64,000 bases of DNA, from NCBI GenBank assembly GCA_041665405.1, contig JBAYIZ010000002.1, positions 7,300-71,299 on the forward strand, written 5' to 3'. This stretch comes from Candidatus Magasanikiibacteriota bacterium (GTDB taxonomy: Bacteria > Patescibacteriota > Patescibacteriia > Magasanikbacterales > GWA2-37-8). Both the position numbers and the translations under genes were made by a program. Under the pieces are notes generated by a model. That model worked only from the letters and a program-made list of their open reading frames with translations, searched no databases and was not told the origin of the DNA. Below, piece by piece: positions 29,201 through 40,233 of the stretch. Each line of letters begins with the position of its first letter. Position 1 is the first letter of the stretch.

Positions 29201-29324
29201 TATAAGTGAAGAAGAAGCGAAACAAGCATCGTTAAATTCAGAAAAAGTACAAAAATGGTTGGAAGGAAAGACACCGAAAAAAGTAATTTATGTAAAAAAT
29301 AAATTAGTTAGTATAGTAGTTTAG
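26247..29324 (+). CDS. leuS: Leucine--tRNA ligase with inserted alpha/beta-hydrolase domain
   Basis: MFPYPSG.GLHVGH, FTTRPDT editing domain, SRQRYWGEP, KMSKR; about 200 aa longer than usual. Confidence 0.96.
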   Translation: MSKYNHKEVEKKWKKNWEKSEIYKTKEPSFAKATAGKAKYYVLDMFPYPSGAGLHVGHPKGYIATDIVARMKMMQGFNVLHPMGWDAFGLPAENYALKNKVHPSDGTAKNVATFKKQLGLLGFTYDWDREVNTTDPKYYKWTQWIFLQMFKKGLAFESFAPINWCPDCKTGLANEDLEGGLCERCGSEIERKPMRQWVLRITDYAEKLLSGLDTLTAWPEHIKKMQSDWIGKSEGALVDFKIKDSDQTLKVFTTRPDTLFGATYMVVAPEHPLISENLDKISNKKAVQEYIEVAKSKSDLERTELQKEKTGVELKGLKAINPLTNEELSIFMADYVLFGYGTGAIMSVPGHDERDWEFAKKYKLPIVDVVLPVNEKGDVLFDANNLSDKPFTEDGVAVNSDFINNLPTPQAKEKMLSYLEEKGIGQRKIQYKLRDWVFSRQRYWGEPIPLVHCEQCQNKKYNYIILHGFSGTADKNGPNRGESNNWRPWIKSKLEDKGNKVFCPNLPNTFEPNIEEQVQYVIDNVGFEINDGTIIVGHSLGAVVIYRLLEKLNKKVGKVVLVDPVVTDNFVDHERPKVTKSCNWKFNFEKIKKLSKEFIVLGDSDFGVIFEKDIKDLVENLTAKLILSKPSAGHFTAEQEPSVWGVLDQNGWVPVPEKDLPLELPKVKNYEPSGTGESPLATISDWVNTSCPQCGGPAKRETNTMPQWAGSCWYYLRYEDPHNTKELVSKEKEKYWSPIDLYVGGAEHATRHLIYARFWHKFLFDIGMVNYDEPFTRLQNVGLILAEDGRKMSKRWNNVINPDDVVEEYGADAMRLYEMFMGPFDQPCAWSTKGVVGVRRFLERAWTLAEKVKSDIVIPVKTGIHGVGSPIKSGMTTVLHQTIKKVSEDILALHFNTAISSMMELVNEMNKVPNVSKEDFVLLLQLLSPFAPHITEELWSQVGNKGSIFESVWPQHNAELAKDTEITLAIQINGKLRDTILVSADISEEEAKQASLNSEKVQKWLEGKTPKKVIYVKNKLVSIVV
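26332..26357. repeat. Short GC-rich REP-like insert in frame in the leuS N-terminus (SFAKATAGK)
   Basis: ccttcgccaaggctacggcgggcaag in an AT-rich context at a variable loop; single copy in the window. Confidence 0.5.
28815..28873. repeat. Inverted pair of REP-like palindromes in frame in leuS
   Basis: gtcattcccgtgaaaacgggaatcca followed by the reverse complement of gtcatccccgacttgattggggatcca. Confidence 0.85.
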
Positions 29325-29328
29325 TGGT

Positions 29329-30828
29329 ATGCTCAAGGAGGGGATAAATTTGATTGTAGAATCAAAAAGCAGGTCTTTTTTGGGCCTGTGTTTTTGTTTT
29401 ATTTTAGGGGTAGCGATATTTTCTTTAAATAATACTAATTATTGGCAAATATATTTATTTGTAATTTTGTTTATAACATTGTTTTTCCTAATTATTTATT
29501 GGAGCAATAAAATTGTAAGATATTGTTTGTTATGCGGGTTGTTTTTTATATCGGGTGGCTTGCGTTTTTTTCTTTCTATACCGAGTAATAATGACAATAA
29601 TATAAGTTATTATAATGGTCATACAATAAATTTTGTTACCAAAGTATCTCAGGAAGTGGTATCCAAAGAAAATAGCACCCAGGTCGTTGTTTCATCTGAA
29701 AAAATACAGAATAAAAATGTGAGTGGAAAAGTTTTGTTATACTTGCCACCATATAGTGATTTGAAATTTGGTGATAAAATTAGTGTGGAGTGTTTATTAA
29801 AGAAGCCGGAAGGTTCGGAAACATTTATAAATTATGATAAATATTTGGCACGTAATGGTGTGTGGTCTCAATGTAGTTGGCCCAAAATATTAAAATTATA
29901 TTCGAAACCGTCATGGATAGAAAATATTATTAATAATTTCTATAATTTTAAACAGCAAGTTCAATCAAAAGTTGATGAATTATGGGTAGAACCGGAAAGC
30001 GCCTTGATGTCTGGTCTACTCTATGGTGCGCGAGCAAGTTTTAGCGCAGAAGTAAGTAATGATTTTAGTCGAACTGGGATCACTCATATTGTGGCAATTT
30101 CCGGATATAATATTAGTATTATTGCCAATATTTTAATGGGTGGATTATTGATGATCGGATTAAATCGGCGTCGTGCATTTTGGTTTGCGATAATTGGGAT
30201 AATTTTATTTGTGCTGTTTACTGGAGCATCGGCCTCGGTAGTCCGAGCGGGGATTATGGGTGTGATAGTATTATTAGCTACTCAAATGGGTAGATTGTCT
30301 CGCATTGGCAATGTTTTAGTATTTACGGCAGCCCTAATGTTATTACTCAATCCATTTGTTTTAGTTTGGGATGCTGGATTTCAGTTATCATTTTTATCAA
30401 CAATTGGATTGATCTATTTAGCGCCTATCATTAATGCTCATTTTGCTAATAATATCAAAAATAAGTGGCTGGCTAGTTTAAAGGAAAATTTTATTTCAAC
30501 AATATCAGCGATTGTTATAACATTGCCACTAATTTTGTTTCAATTTGGGCGATTATCCATTGTAGCACCGCTAGCCAATATGATTATTATTTGGATTATT
30601 CCGTATTTGATGTTAGTTGGTTTTGTATCTATAATTTTAAGTTTCATATTCTTTCCTTTAGCTCAGCTAGTTGCATGGGTGGCCTATTTAGGTTTAAAAT
30701 ATGTTATAATAATGTCACATACATTGGCTAGTTGGTCATTGGCTAGCGTTAAGTTTTCGGTGTCGTTTGTTGTAATGATATTTTTATACGGTTTAATATT
30801 GTTATGGATATATAAAAAATCTGAATAA
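29329..30828 (+). CDS. comEC: ComEC/Rec2 competence protein (membrane and OB part)
   Basis: GITHIVAISGYN, SVVRAGIM, GFQLSF. Confidence 0.92.
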   Translation: MLKEGINLIVESKSRSFLGLCFCFILGVAIFSLNNTNYWQIYLFVILFITLFFLIIYWSNKIVRYCLLCGLFFISGGLRFFLSIPSNNDNNISYYNGHTINFVTKVSQEVVSKENSTQVVVSSEKIQNKNVSGKVLLYLPPYSDLKFGDKISVECLLKKPEGSETFINYDKYLARNGVWSQCSWPKILKLYSKPSWIENIINNFYNFKQQVQSKVDELWVEPESALMSGLLYGARASFSAEVSNDFSRTGITHIVAISGYNISIIANILMGGLLMIGLNRRRAFWFAIIGIILFVLFTGASASVVRAGIMGVIVLLATQMGRLSRIGNVLVFTAALMLLLNPFVLVWDAGFQLSFLSTIGLIYLAPIINAHFANNIKNKWLASLKENFISTISAIVITLPLILFQFGRLSIVAPLANMIIIWIIPYLMLVGFVSIILSFIFFPLAQLVAWVAYLGLKYVIIMSHTLASWSLASVKFSVSFVVMIFLYGLILLWIYKKSE

Positions 30829-30973
30829 ATATTAATTTTCGCCGCGCGAATTGTTTGAAGTGGCGAGAACCAACAAAGCTGTCAGCAAAACGATAAATTC
30901 GCCACAAGTCTGAGCGCAAGAAAATTCATATTTATGAAGCTGTTTCATGGTTTTACGTTTGATAATATAAATT

Positions 30974-31579
30974 ATGTCAAAAATTAAAATTTTAAATTCG
31001 GTGAGTGGGTATGATTTGGCGGCATTTGATTATGATAAAAAAGAAAAATATTTAAATAGTTTTGAACAAAATAAAGTTTTGCCTTTATTTGGGGATATCA
31101 ATAAAAAAAATATTTTAGATGTGGGAGCGGGTACTGGGCGGTTGGCCACAATACTTTTTAATGCTGGAGCGGAAGTAACGGCGTTAGATGTTTCATCTGA
31201 AATGCTACAGCAGTTGGTTAAAAAAAACCAGAAAATTAAAACAGTTGTAGGCGACGCCGAAGAGCTTCCATTTCCAGATAGTACATTTGATTTTGTGACA
31301 GCTGCTTTTTTAGTTGTTCATCTGAAAGACCCGTCATCTTTTTTTGACGAAGCTTATCGAGTGTTAAGAGATGGTGGTAAGCTTATTATTACTAATATCA
31401 ACCAAAAAGAACCACCAGAGGTAAAAACCAAAGAAGGTAAAATAAAAATTGAATCATTTTATCACCGCCCTGAAAGAATTATTGAGCAGTTAGAGAGCTT
31501 GGCTTTTAAAATTAAAAAAAATATTTTTGTTTACGAAAAAGATATTTGGATTAACCAAATAGTCGTGGCCAGTAAATAG
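30974..31579 (+). CDS. Class I SAM-dependent methyltransferase
   Basis: ILDVGAGTG, GDAEELPF...FD, RVLRDGG. Confidence 0.9.
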   Translation: MSKIKILNSVSGYDLAAFDYDKKEKYLNSFEQNKVLPLFGDINKKNILDVGAGTGRLATILFNAGAEVTALDVSSEMLQQLVKKNQKIKTVVGDAEELPFPDSTFDFVTAAFLVVHLKDPSSFFDEAYRVLRDGGKLIITNINQKEPPEVKTKEGKIKIESFYHRPERIIEQLESLAFKIKKNIFVYEKDIWINQIVVASK

Positions 31580-31587
31580 AATAAATT

Positions 31588-32442
31588 ATGGAGGGGATAG
31601 ATAGGAAAAAAATAATTATTGCTATTGTTTTGTTGTTAGTAGTCTTAGCAACAATTTTTTATTTTCAAAATAATAAAGCAAATAATTTTAATTCAGTCAC
31701 ATATTTTGATGTCGGACAAGGAGATTCGGCGCTAATTAAATTTGATAATGGTCAAAAAATGTTGGTGGATTGTGGTATTAATCGTAATATTTTATCCAAA
31801 CTCGGTTCGGCATTATCATTTTTTGATCGGACCATTGATTATTTGGTAATTTCCCATCCCGATGGAGATCACTATGGTGGCTGTCCAGCAGTATTACAAA
31901 GATATCAAGTTAAAAATATCATTACCAATGGTGCCCAAAAAACCAATGACCCATTTTGGAAAGCTTGGCAGAAATATTCACAGTTGGAGCAAGCGCAAAA
32001 TAAAGTTATTTCTGGGCATGAAATTTTGACAATTGGAGCTAGCCGGATTGAATTTTTGGCGCCAGATGAAAGTTTGGGAGCTGACTTCAATAAAGCAGGT
32101 GGTAATAATCAATCGATAGTGTTTTTGCTTAAAAATAATTTGGGAAAATATTTATTTACGGGTGATATGGAAATTTTACTTGAAGAAGCTTTGATTAAAA
32201 AATACTGCGCCGGCGCAGTCTATTGTCCCGCTCTTCAAGCAGATTTTTTGAAGGTTGGGCACCATGGTAGTGACAGTTCGTCAGGAGATCTATTTTTACA
32301 GGCAGTAAATCCTAAATTTTCTGTTATTTCAGTTGGTCAAAATTCATATGGGCACCCATCATTGCGTACATTGCGCAAATTAGATCGTGAAGGAAGTGAG
32401 ATATGGCGCACCGATCAAAAGAATGATATAATAGTGAAATGA
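31588..32442 (+). CDS. ComEC C-terminal-like MBL-fold hydrolase (stand-alone)
   Basis: FDVGQGDS, SHPDGDH, FTGD, KVGHHGS, YGHP. Confidence 0.9.
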   Translation: MEGIDRKKIIIAIVLLLVVLATIFYFQNNKANNFNSVTYFDVGQGDSALIKFDNGQKMLVDCGINRNILSKLGSALSFFDRTIDYLVISHPDGDHYGGCPAVLQRYQVKNIITNGAQKTNDPFWKAWQKYSQLEQAQNKVISGHEILTIGASRIEFLAPDESLGADFNKAGGNNQSIVFLLKNNLGKYLFTGDMEILLEEALIKKYCAGAVYCPALQADFLKVGHHGSDSSSGDLFLQAVNPKFSVISVGQNSYGHPSLRTLRKLDREGSEIWRTDQKNDIIVK

Positions 32443-33050
32443 AAAAGATTATTTTTTTATTAGTGTTATTGTTTATATTTTTTGCCCACCAAGTGTCTGC
32501 GGCAGAGATTGTTGATACCGACACGGATGGTCTCATTGATGATTTGGAAATAAAAATTGGTACAGACACTAAAAATCCAGATACAGATGGTGATGGCTAT
32601 AAAGATGGAGAAGAAGTGACCAATGGATATAATCCGTTGGTAGGTAATTTGGACAATAAAGTTAGTCGTAGAGTAGAAGTAGACCTCAGTACACAAAAAT
32701 TAAAATATTATTTCAATAACATTTTAATTGGTACTGCTCCAGTTTCGACTGGCAAGATTGGTACCGATACCCCAACTGGGAATTTTAATATTATTCGAAA
32801 GTTACCAGTTTATCGCTATGTTGGTCCAGGGTATAATTTACCAAATACCAAATGGAATTTAGAGTTCAAGCGCAGTTATTTTTTGCACGGTGCTTATTGG
32901 CATAATCAGTTTGGTATACGTCCGATGAGTCACGGTTGTGTGAATATTGGTTATGTAGATGCCGAAAAGATTTATAAATTTTTGAAAGTGGGAGACAACG
33001 TTAAAGTGGTAGGAAAAACGCCGCGAAAGGCGCTAGCCAAAAGCATTTGA
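32439..33050 (+). CDS. L,D-transpeptidase with DxDxDG Ca-binding repeats
   Basis: Signal peptide, DTDTDG and DTDGDG, HGAYWH...SHGCVN. Confidence 0.9.
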   Translation: MKKIIFLLVLLFIFFAHQVSAAEIVDTDTDGLIDDLEIKIGTDTKNPDTDGDGYKDGEEVTNGYNPLVGNLDNKVSRRVEVDLSTQKLKYYFNNILIGTAPVSTGKIGTDTPTGNFNIIRKLPVYRYVGPGYNLPNTKWNLEFKRSYFLHGAYWHNQFGIRPMSHGCVNIGYVDAEKIYKFLKVGDNVKVVGKTPRKALAKSI

Positions 33051-33143
33051 CATCTTTTTGAAAAAATGGTATATTGACATACAGAGTATGAAGCACTTCT
33101 GTAGAGGGTGCTTTTTTTAATAAGTTAATATAAATATACATTT

Positions 33144-34358
33144 ATGTCAGACATTACAAAGGCCATTCAGTTACTTTGCGACGAGAAAAATTTGTCTTTT
33201 GAAGCCGTCATGGAAACTATCGAAACTGCGCTAGCCGCCGCTTATCGTAAGGATTTTGGTAATAAACAACAAAATATCAAAGTAAAATTTGATCCTGAAA
33301 CTGCCGACATGAAGGCTTGGGATATCAAAACTGTGGTAGAGGATATTGATGAAGAAGTTTTAAAAAACGCTCAGGAAGAAATGACCGCTCGTCGCGAAAA
33401 AGCGCGTGCAGAAAATCGTGAATTAACCGAAGAAGAAACTGCCGATTTGCCTCATTTCAACCCAAAAACAGAACTGATGCTTTCTGAAGCCAAAAAAATA
33501 AATAAAAAAACTAAAGTAGGTGAGGTGTTGGAAATCGTTTTGGAGATCCCGGGGGCTTTTGGACGTATGGCTGCTCAGACCGCCAAACAAGTAATTATCC
33601 AAAAAGTTCGTGAAGCTGAGCGTAATATGGTGTTTGGTGATTTCAAAGGACAAGAAGGGCAGATCATCATGGGTACTATTCAACGCGCAGAGGGACACAA
33701 GGTCTTGGTTGATTTGGGAAAAGTGACTGGTTTATTATTGGGCGAACAACAAATCAAGCGCGAACATTACCGTCCGGGCGCTCGTATGAAATTTTTTGTA
33801 TTGTCTGTCAATATGGGTCCTCGCGGTCCGGAAGTTTTATTGTCTCGTTCTTCCAGTCGTTTGGTAGAAGAAATTTTTAAACAAGAAATTCCAGAAATCG
33901 AAAGTGGTGTGGTAAAAATAAAAGGTGTAGCTCGCGATGCTGGTTATCGCAGTAAAGTGTCAGTGCAAACCGACGACGAAGCTATCGATCCAGTTGGTGC
34001 ATGTATTGGTCAACGTGGTAGTCGTATTAATACTATTATTGAAGAGTTGGGTGGAGAAAAAATCGATATTATAGAATTCAAAGATGACGCGTCTGCATAT
34101 ATTTCCAAAGCACTTTCTCCAGCGAAGGTTTCTTCGGTGGAGCTAAATGATGCTGAAAAAACAGCAGACGTATTGGTAACCTCTGATCAATTTTCATTGG
34201 CGATTGGTCGCAATGGACAAAATGTACGCTTGGCTAGTGAAATGACCGGTTGGAGGATCAATCTAAAAGATTTGGGTGGAGCACAAGAAATTAGTAGTGA
34301 TGAAATACCAGTTGAAGGCGAAACTGCTCCAGAATCAGTAGAATCAAAAGAAGAATAA
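33144..34358 (+). CDS. nusA: Transcription termination factor NusA
   Basis: FGRMAAQTAKQVI, S1 and KH domains, LAIGRNGQNVRLA. Confidence 0.96.
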   Translation: MSDITKAIQLLCDEKNLSFEAVMETIETALAAAYRKDFGNKQQNIKVKFDPETADMKAWDIKTVVEDIDEEVLKNAQEEMTARREKARAENRELTEEETADLPHFNPKTELMLSEAKKINKKTKVGEVLEIVLEIPGAFGRMAAQTAKQVIIQKVREAERNMVFGDFKGQEGQIIMGTIQRAEGHKVLVDLGKVTGLLLGEQQIKREHYRPGARMKFFVLSVNMGPRGPEVLLSRSSSRLVEEIFKQEIPEIESGVVKIKGVARDAGYRSKVSVQTDDEAIDPVGACIGQRGSRINTIIEELGGEKIDIIEFKDDASAYISKALSPAKVSSVELNDAEKTADVLVTSDQFSLAIGRNGQNVRLASEMTGWRINLKDLGGAQEISSDEIPVEGETAPESVESKEE

Positions 34359-34368
34359 AAAATATATT

Positions 34369-35148
34369 ATGTTTTCAACTCTTTTTCATGTAGTTTTGTA
34401 TCAACCATTATTCAACCTGTTTGTAGGATTGTATAATATTTTACCAGGGCATGATGTTGGTTTGGTAATTATTGTGATAACAATTTTATTGCGCTTATTA
34501 GTTTATCCTTTGACAGCTTCATCTATAAAAGCCCAACGATCATTGCAAGAACTTCAACCAAAACTTGAAGCCTTGAAAAAACAATACGCCGGTGATCAAC
34601 AAAAAATCGCTCAGGCGACTATGGAGATGTATAAAACCAACAAAGTAAATCCATTGGCTTCTTGTTTGCCTCTGTTGGTACAGTTACCAATTTTGATTGC
34701 TCTTTATTGGGTGATGCAAGATGGTTTGGCTTCCACGAATTTGGCCAAATCTCTTTATTCATTTATAGGTAATCCTGGAATTATCAATCCAACGTCGTTT
34801 GGTTTCCTGAATTTATCAAAACCAAATGTAATTTTGGCAATTTTGGCAGGTGGCGCCCAGTATTTGCAGGCGAAGACTATGAATCGTCAAACGCCGCCGA
34901 AATCTGCCGGTGCAGGTGGCAAAGATGAGAATATGATGGCCATGATGAATAAACAAATGTTGTACATGATGCCAGCGATGACGGTATTGATTGGTTTTAG
35001 TTTGCCGGCTGGGTTAACTCTTTACTGGTTCTGGAGTACAATTTTGATGGCTGGCCAGCAATATTATATGGCCAAGAAAAATCCTATTCCAACAGTAAAT
35101 AATTTATTAGATAATAAAGTAATCGAAGGTGAAGTAGTTAAAAAATAA
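34369..35148 (+). CDS. yidC: Membrane protein insertase YidC/Oxa1 (short form)
   Basis: LQPKL, NPLASCLPLLVQLP, PAGLTLYW. Confidence 0.93.
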   Translation: MFSTLFHVVLYQPLFNLFVGLYNILPGHDVGLVIIVITILLRLLVYPLTASSIKAQRSLQELQPKLEALKKQYAGDQQKIAQATMEMYKTNKVNPLASCLPLLVQLPILIALYWVMQDGLASTNLAKSLYSFIGNPGIINPTSFGFLNLSKPNVILAILAGGAQYLQAKTMNRQTPPKSAGAGGKDENMMAMMNKQMLYMMPAMTVLIGFSLPAGLTLYWFWSTILMAGQQYYMAKKNPIPTVNNLLDNKVIEGEVVKK

Positions 35149-35155
35149 AATTTAT

Positions 35156-35458
35156 ATGATCATCAATTTGCATCAATTAAAAAGTTTGCCGGTAGAGACT
35201 AAATCGGGAATGAAATTGGGCAAAATAAGTGAAATAAATTTTTTGGTAGAGACACAATCAGTTCATCAATATATTGTGCGGCCGTCTTTTTTAAGCGGTC
35301 GTATTTTTTTAATTTCTACCAATCAAGTTTTGGAAATAAATGATAAAATAATAGTGGATGATGCAGTGATGACTGAAAAAAATGTCCAAGCAGAAAAGTC
35401 TAATAAATTTGTCGATAGTAAGGTGTTAGGAGGAGTAGCAACTCGAGAACTAAGATAG
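35156..35458 (+). CDS. PRC-barrel domain protein
   Basis: LPVETKSGMKLGKI pattern. Confidence 0.7.
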   Translation: MIINLHQLKSLPVETKSGMKLGKISEINFLVETQSVHQYIVRPSFLSGRIFLISTNQVLEINDKIIVDDAVMTEKNVQAEKSNKFVDSKVLGGVATRELR

Positions 35459-35462
35459 TAAT

Positions 35463-36416
35463 ATGGACAAACTGGATCTTAAAAAGGCGGTCTTGCGCAC
35501 TCTGGCTTATTTTGATTTGAGCGATTATCCGCTGACTGTTACTGAAATAAAAAATTGGTTATATCATTATGAGGTGCAAGATTATTTTGATTTGTTGACA
35601 GTTTTGGAAGAAATGAAAAATCAAAAACAGGTTGAAGAAAAATTTAGTTATTTTTATTTGCCCAACAGAGAAATGGTGGTAGAAAACAGAAGGCAAAATT
35701 TGGTAATTGCCGAATTGAAATTAGGAAAAGCACGACGAGCCGCCAAATTTATTCGTAGTGTTCCATTTTTGAAGGCAATTTTTGTTTGTAATACTGTCGC
35801 GGCGGGCACAGCCGCTGGGAAAAGTGACATTGATTTTTTTATTATTGCTCAAGCCAAGCGTGTTTGGTTGGTAAGATTTTTTACTAACTTGATTTTACGT
35901 TTGTTTAATTTGCGTACATACGGAGACAATAATCGTGATAAGATTTGTTTATCATTTTTTGTAGATGACAATAATCTGAACTTGCAAAAATTGAAAGCTT
36001 GCGAAGAAGATATTCATTTTGCTTATTGGATAACCCAAATGGTGCCGATTTTTGATCTCAATAATTATTGGAAAAGTTTTTTGTCAGCGAATTATTGGTT
36101 AAAAGATTATTTTCCAAATTTGTTAAATAATTTTATTTTTCAGAATTTGGTTGAGCCGGGCAGTTTCGCAATGGTTTGGAAAAAAACCTGGGAAATAATG
36201 TGGTTTGGTGCTTATGGTGATTTGTTGGAAAAGCAGGCGCGTGATTGGCAAATGCTGAAAATGAAATTGAGTACTAAAGAAAAAGCAGGACAGGGAGATA
36301 ATGGCATAGTACTAAATGAAGGGGTAATAAAATTGCATGAAAACGACACTCGTATAGAATGTGCGAAGCAGTGGGAAGAAAAATCAACAGAAATTTTGAA
36401 TATGTTATGCAAATAA
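35463..36416 (+). CDS. Hypothetical nucleotidyltransferase-fold protein
   Basis: SDIDFFII motif; TLAYFDL..YPLT N-terminus. Confidence 0.55.
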   Translation: MDKLDLKKAVLRTLAYFDLSDYPLTVTEIKNWLYHYEVQDYFDLLTVLEEMKNQKQVEEKFSYFYLPNREMVVENRRQNLVIAELKLGKARRAAKFIRSVPFLKAIFVCNTVAAGTAAGKSDIDFFIIAQAKRVWLVRFFTNLILRLFNLRTYGDNNRDKICLSFFVDDNNLNLQKLKACEEDIHFAYWITQMVPIFDLNNYWKSFLSANYWLKDYFPNLLNNFIFQNLVEPGSFAMVWKKTWEIMWFGAYGDLLEKQARDWQMLKMKLSTKEKAGQGDNGIVLNEGVIKLHENDTRIECAKQWEEKSTEILNMLCK

Positions 36417-37690
36417 ATGTTTCAAGAATTAAAGATTTTTTGCTTTTAGTATTATTATTTGTTTTGCCTTGGCAAACTAGGTTGATTTATCAAACTGCAT
36501 ATTTGGGTGAAAATTTTTGGGAGTTCGGGAGTTTGTCTTTATATGGTGTTGAAATTTTATTGGGTGTTACAGTTTTGTTTTTTTTGGTGGACAAAATTAG
36601 AAGTGACTTTCACAGTCTGTTAATAAAACATTTTAACAAAAAACGTCTGGCAATAATATTGGCCAGTATTTTTGGTATATTCCTTTTATATCTATTGACT
36701 AGTGCACATTGTGCCATAACCTGGCAATATTTAAACTGGTTTATATATGGGTTGTGTCTTATTTTTATTACATTGGAAAGCCAGTTAAGTTTAAAAAAAT
36801 TATTATTGGCAGTTTGGGCTGGCGGCTTTTTGCAAGGCGTTTTAGCAATATGGCAATTTTTTAATCAGTATATCCCCGCCAATAAGTGGTTGGGTATGGC
36901 GGTGCAAGATCCTCGCCAATTGGGAGTAGCGGTAGTGGAGTTTGGTGATGAACGTTGGTTGCGAGCGTATGGGAGTTTTGGTTGGCCCAATTCATTGGGT
37001 ATATATCTGGCCGTGGTGTTTTTATTAGGTATAATTTTAATTGAAATCGAGAATATAAAAAAATATCGAATTATGTTGTTGGTAGGGCAGTTGTTTATTA
37101 TTATTGGTCTTTTCTTTTCCTTTGCACGTGGTGCGTGGTTGGCTGGAGTAGTGGGTTTGTGTATTTTTGGTATTAAGAAATATAAAGATAGAATTTTTTG
37201 GCAACAGATTGGTGTTTACGCTGTAACTACTTTGATGTTGTTAATAATTTTTAAACCATTAGTTATTTCGAGGTTTGATTTGCAAAATAGGTTGGAAAAA
37301 AATTCAATTTCTCAACGTATTGATCAAGGTGTAGAGTTTAAAAAAATATTTTATTCAAATTATTTGGTAGGAACAGGGCCCGGTAATTATACCGCTGTTT
37401 TGCACAATCTTTTTCCGCAGTATTTTGCATATGATTTAAAGCCAGTTCATAATATTTATTTATTGTTTGTGGCTGAGTTTGGATTATTTGGATTGTTTTT
37501 GTTAGTTATATTTTTGTTTAGGAATATAAAATTGGTATATTTATATTTTGCGCCACTGGTAGCTCTATTAGTTGCTGGGCTATTTGATCATTGGAGCATG
37601 AGTACATTTACTGGACTAACATTTCTTTGTTTAATGATTGGTTTGTCTGTTAAATATTTCGCCATTGACACAAAAGTATCCCCAGAGTAA
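36407..37690 (+). CDS. O-antigen ligase family membrane protein
   Basis: RAYGSFGWPN, SFARGAW, G.GPGNY, VHNIYL...EFG; ATG at 36407 preferred. Confidence 0.85.
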   Translation: MQINVSRIKDFLLLVLLFVLPWQTRLIYQTAYLGENFWEFGSLSLYGVEILLGVTVLFFLVDKIRSDFHSLLIKHFNKKRLAIILASIFGIFLLYLLTSAHCAITWQYLNWFIYGLCLIFITLESQLSLKKLLLAVWAGGFLQGVLAIWQFFNQYIPANKWLGMAVQDPRQLGVAVVEFGDERWLRAYGSFGWPNSLGIYLAVVFLLGIILIEIENIKKYRIMLLVGQLFIIIGLFFSFARGAWLAGVVGLCIFGIKKYKDRIFWQQIGVYAVTTLMLLIIFKPLVISRFDLQNRLEKNSISQRIDQGVEFKKIFYSNYLVGTGPGNYTAVLHNLFPQYFAYDLKPVHNIYLLFVAEFGLFGLFLLVIFLFRNIKLVYLYFAPLVALLVAGLFDHWSMSTFTGLTFLCLMIGLSVKYFAIDTKVSPE

Positions 37691-37699
37691 ACTTTATAG

Positions 37700-37825
37700 G
37701 CTAAGAAGCCAGAGTTGGGGACAGACTCTCTCGCACGCCATAGTTCCGAGCTAGACCATAGACAGGCATAGTTCGGACAATAAGTGGACGGCGAGCAAAG
37801 TTCGTTCCCAACTCTGGTTTTTTAT
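37700..37825 (+). ncRNA. Candidate small rod-shaped RNA (6S-like)
   Basis: Promoter TTGACA-17-TAAACT (37665-37693); 17-bp closing stem, internal bubbles, apical stem, T-run. Confidence 0.55.
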
Positions 37826-37871
37826 TATTTTGGCTAAAAAATGATGTGGATATTTGGAAGATGATGGCATC

Positions 37872-37936
37872 TTGACAAAATCATAAAATTGGTTAAAATG
37901 GTATAGTAATTATCACTCAAATCTAGCGAGTGATAA
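37872..37936 (+). promoter_or_regulatory. groESL promoter and CIRCE-like operator
   Basis: TTGACA-16-TAAAAT; TTATCACTC-N9-GAGTGATAA at 37910-37936. Confidence 0.8.
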
Positions 37937-37969
37937 ATCAATAAGTTAATTAATCTAATATATTTATAT

Positions 37970-38275
37970 ATGAACATCAAACCATTGGGAGACCGAGTTG
38001 TGGTCAAACCAGCCAAAGAAGCCGAAGTAACTGCTTCGGGTATTTTGTTGCCTTCTAGTGCAGACAAAGAAAAAAAAGCAGAAGGTGAAATCGTGGCTAT
38101 AGGAAACGGCGAGGCAATTGCTAAATTGGATTTGAAGGTAGGGGATAAAGTTTTGTATAAAAAATGGGGTGGGGAGGAAATTAAAATTGGTTCTGGGTCT
38201 AGTGAAGAGACATATAAGATTTTGTATGTGGGATCTGGTGAAGACAAAAATGACATTGTCGCAACTATTTCTTAA
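37970..38275 (+). CDS. groES: Co-chaperonin GroES
   Basis: IKPLGDRVVV, TASGILLP. Confidence 0.96.
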   Translation: MNIKPLGDRVVVKPAKEAEVTASGILLPSSADKEKKAEGEIVAIGNGEAIAKLDLKVGDKVLYKKWGGEEIKIGSGSSEETYKILYVGSGEDKNDIVATIS

Positions 38276-38282
38276 TTAATAA

Positions 38283-39926
<1,644 letters not shown>

Positions 39927-39932
39927 AAACTT

Positions 39933-39987
39933 GTCATTCCCACGAAAGTGGGAATCCAAAACAGCCTGTGCAAACGGGCTGTTTTTT
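39933..39987 (+). terminator. REP-like palindrome (39933-39958) followed by the groEL terminator
   Basis: gtcattcccacgaaagtgggaatcca; then acagcctgt-gcaa-acgggctgt and tttttt. Confidence 0.8.
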
Positions 39988-40233
39988 GTTATAATACATT
40001 TCAATTAGATGTGGATGTAAAATTGACTATCCACACGGATGCTTGACAATCATATTAGTCTGTGGTTGGCTATATACATAGCTTTCAATATTTTTTTGCA
40101 TTTATGCCTAAAATTAGAGAAAAATTTTGCTTAATTATCACATTTTGTCCAGCGTATCTTTGTGTCTAAACTCCTCATTTTGAGGAGTTTTTTGTTTATT
40201 TACAACTAAAATATAAAAAAATAAATTAAAAAT

